Source: Eledone cirrhosa (Eukaryota). Taken from it: a stretch of 64,000 nt of DNA. The DNA lies in contig OZ024743.1 of assembly GCA_964016885.1 (NCBI GenBank), forward strand, positions 329,592,001-329,656,000, read 5' to 3'. A model generated the notes under the pieces. The model was not told the origin of the DNA and did no database searches. It was given only the letters and a program-made list of their open reading frames with translations. The translations under genes were made by a program, and so were the position numbers. Shown piece by piece: positions 61,180-64,000 of this stretch; positions within the stretch are counted from its first letter, which is position 1, and every line of letters starts with the position of its first letter.

Positions 61180-63780
61180 CCTATCAACCAGAGACGACGA
61201 TCTTAACACCATCGCAGATCTTCACCCCTATCAACCACAGACGACGATCTCAAAACCATCGTAGACCATCACCCCTATCAACCACAAACGACGATCTCAA
61301 CCCCATCGCAGACCATCACCCCTATCAACCACAGACGTTGATCTCAACACCATCGCAGACAATCCCCCCTATCAACCAGAGACGACGTTCTCAACACCAC
61401 CGCAGACTATCAGACCTATCAACCACAGACGACGTTCTCAACACCATCGCAGACCATCACACCTATCAACCACAGACGTTGATCTCAACACCATCGCAGA
61501 CAATCACCCCTATCAACCACAGACGACGATCTCAACACCATCGCAGACCAACACCCCTATCAACCAGAGACGACGATCTCAACACCATCGCAGACCATCA
61601 CCACTATCCACCTCAGACGACGTTCTCAACACCATCGCAGACCATCACCCCTATCAACCACAGACGACGATCTCAACACCATCGCAGACCATCACCACTA
61701 TCAACCACAGACGACGTTCTCAACACCATCGCAGACCATCACCCCTATCAACCAGAGACGACGATCTCAACACCATCGCAGACCATCACACCTATCAACC
61801 AGAGACGAGGATCTCAACACCATCGCAGACCATCACCCCTATCAACCACAGACGACGATCTCAACACCATCGCAGACCATCACCACTATCAACCACAGAC
61901 GACGTTCTCAACACCATCGCAGACCATCACCCCTATCAACCAGAGACGACGATCTCAACACCATCGCAGACCATCACCCCTATCAACCAGAGACGAGGAT
62001 CTCAACACCATCGCAGACCATCACCCCTATCAACCACAGACGACGATCTCAACACCATCGCAGACCATCACCACTATCAACCACAGACAACGATCTCAAC
62101 ACCATCGCAGACCATCACCCCTATCAATCAGAGACGACGATCTCAACACCATCGCAGACCATCACCCCTATCACCCACAGACGAAGTTCTCAACACTATC
62201 GCAGACCATCACCCCTATCAACCACAGACGAAGTTCTCAACACCATCGCAGACCATCACCCCTATCAACCAGAGACTAGGATCTCAACACCATCGCAGAC
62301 CATCACCCCTATCAAACACAGACGACGATCTCAACACCATCGCAGACCATCACCCCTATCAACCACAGACGACGATCTCAATACCATCGCTGACCATCAC
62401 CCTTATCAACCAGAGACGACGATCTCAACACCATCGCAGACCATCACCCCTATCAACCAGAGACGACGATCTCAACACCATCGCAGACCATCACCCCTAT
62501 CAACCAGAGACGACGATCTTAACACCATCGCAGATCTTCACCCCTATCAACCACAGACGACGATCTCAAAACCATCGTAGACCATCACCCCTATCAACCA
62601 CAAACGACGATCTCAACCCCATCGCAGACCATCACCCCTATCAACCACAGACGTTGATCTGAACACCATCGCAGACAATCCTCCCTATCAACCAGAGACG
62701 ACGTTCTCAACACCACCGCAGACCATCAGACCTATCAACCACAGACGACGTTCTCAACACCATCGCAGACCATCACACCTATCAACCACAGACGTTGATC
62801 TCAACACCATCGCAGACAATCACCCCTATCAACCACAGACGACGATCTCAACACCATCGCAGACCAACACCCCTATCAACCAGAGACGACGATCTCAACA
62901 CCATCGCAGACCATCACCACTATCCACCTCAGACGACGTTCTCAACACCATCGCAGACCATCACCCCTATCAACCACAGACGACGATCTCAACACCATCG
63001 CAGACCATCACCACTATCAACCACAGACGACGTTCTCAACACCATCGCAGACCATCACCCCTATCAACCAGAGACGACGATCTCAACACCATCGCAGACC
63101 ATCACACCTATCAACCAGAGACGAGGATCTCAACACCATCGCAGACCATCACCCCTATCAACCACAGACGACGATCTCAACACCATCGCAGACCATCACC
63201 ACTATCAACCACAGACGACGTTCTCAACACCATCGCAGACCATCACCCCTATCAACCAGAGACGACGATCTCAACACCATCGCAGACCATCACCCCTATC
63301 AACCAGAGACGAGGATCTCAACACCATCGCAGATCATCACCCCTATCAACCACAGACGACGATCTCAACACCATCGCAGACCATCACCACTATCAACCAC
63401 AGACAACGATCTCAACACCATCGCAGACCATCACCCCTATCAATCAGAGACGACGATCTCAACACCATCGCAGACCATCACCCCTATCACCCACAGACGA
63501 AGTTCTCAACACTATCGCAGACCATCACCCCTATCAACCACAGACGAAGTTCTCAACACCATCGCAGACCATCACCCCTATCAACCAGAGACTAGGATCT
63601 CAACACCATCGCAGACCATCACCCCTATCAAACACAGACGACGATCTCAACACCATCGCAGACCATCACCCCTATCAACCACAGACGACGATCTCAATAC
63701 CATCGCTGACCATCACCCTTATCAACCAGAGACGACGATCTCAACACCATCGCAGACCATCACCCCTATCAACCAGAGAC
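61180..63780. repeat. Near-exact tandem block duplication, offset 1316 bp (28 monomers)
   Basis: GACTAGGAT stop ends at 62279/63595, CAATCAGAG is at about 62125/63441, GTTGATC at 61479/62795 and TCCACCTCAG at about 61607/62923. Confidence 0.9.
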
Positions 63781-64000
63781 GACGATCTCAACACCATCGC
63801 AGACCATCACCCCTATCATCCACAGACGACTATCTCAACACCATCGCAGACCATCACCACTGTCAACCAGAGACGACGATCTCAACACCATCGCAGACCA
63901 TCACCGCTATCAACCACAGACGACGATCTCAACACACTCGCAGACCATCACCCCTGTCAACTAGAGACGACGATCTCAACACCATCGCAGACCATCACCC

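Larger units (their letters stand above)
1..64000. repeat. 47-bp tandem satellite array, about 1,362 monomers, single orientation, running off both window edges
   Basis: Consensus AGACGACGATCTCAACACCATCGCAGACCATCACCCCTATCAACCAC (16 A, 20 C, 5 G, 6 T). Monomer starts are at 1, 48, 5406, 9683 and 37225 (all 1+47n). The last start is at 63965 (1+47x1361-3), which matches the indels counted. Confidence 0.99.

Noticed and set aside
209-63595. Long + strand ORFs (up to 2116 aa) as mucin-like or His/Arg-rich genes
   Set aside because: They overlap in all three frames with the same peptide, start at sporadic TTG/GTG/ATG variants and end at sporadic stop variants. They have no unique termini, signal peptide or domain, and follow directly from a stop-free 47-bp unit.
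1-64000. CRISPR array or other repeat-spacer system
   Set aside because: Monomers abut directly, with no unique spacers, no leader and no cas or other genes. Variants are point substitutions.
1-64000. Diversity-generating or antigenic-variation cassette system
   Set aside because: No expression locus, reverse transcriptase or recombinase is present. Variants recur in inherited order, as expected from duplication, and are not adenine-specific.
1-64000. Canonical telomerase repeat
   Set aside because: There is only one TAGGGG-like motif per 47 bp and no TTAGG(G)n runs. The HOR-type inherited variants do not fit copying from a single template.
1-64000. Iteron or Dam-regulated GATC array
   Set aside because: One GATC per monomer is a trivial result of repetition and is often lost (GACTATC, GACGTTC). 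No rep gene or AT-rich origin is present.
1-64000. Whole array as a sequencing or concatemer artefact
   Set aside because: Linked variants recur in ordered, nested blocks with almost no indels, which is unlike random read error or a single-template concatemer. Individual block copy numbers could still be misassembled.

Overview
The whole 64 kb window is one head-to-tail tandem array (satellite/minisatellite) of a 47-bp monomer, consensus AGACGACGATCTCAACACCATCGCAGACCATCACCCCTATCAACCAC. There are about 1,362 copies, all in the same orientation, with no unique sequence, spacer or inserted element visible. The long + strand ORFs are best explained as an artefact: the consensus has no + strand stop in any frame and 47 is not a multiple of 3, so all three frames read the same 47-aa repeat. 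I call no genes. The real structure lies in the variants: a recurring ordered cassette of variant monomers (irregular higher-order repeat), block duplications at exact multiples of 47 bp, two variant families in alternating domains, and a divergent zone at about 37.1-40.2 kb holding 6 of the 7 single-base indels I found. The entry signature of that zone reappears at the window end, 570 monomers later. I found no support for a new protein-coding or CRISPR-like system, and the organism and chromosomal position cannot be determined from this window. Counts and boundaries were read by eye and are approximate unless arithmetic is given.
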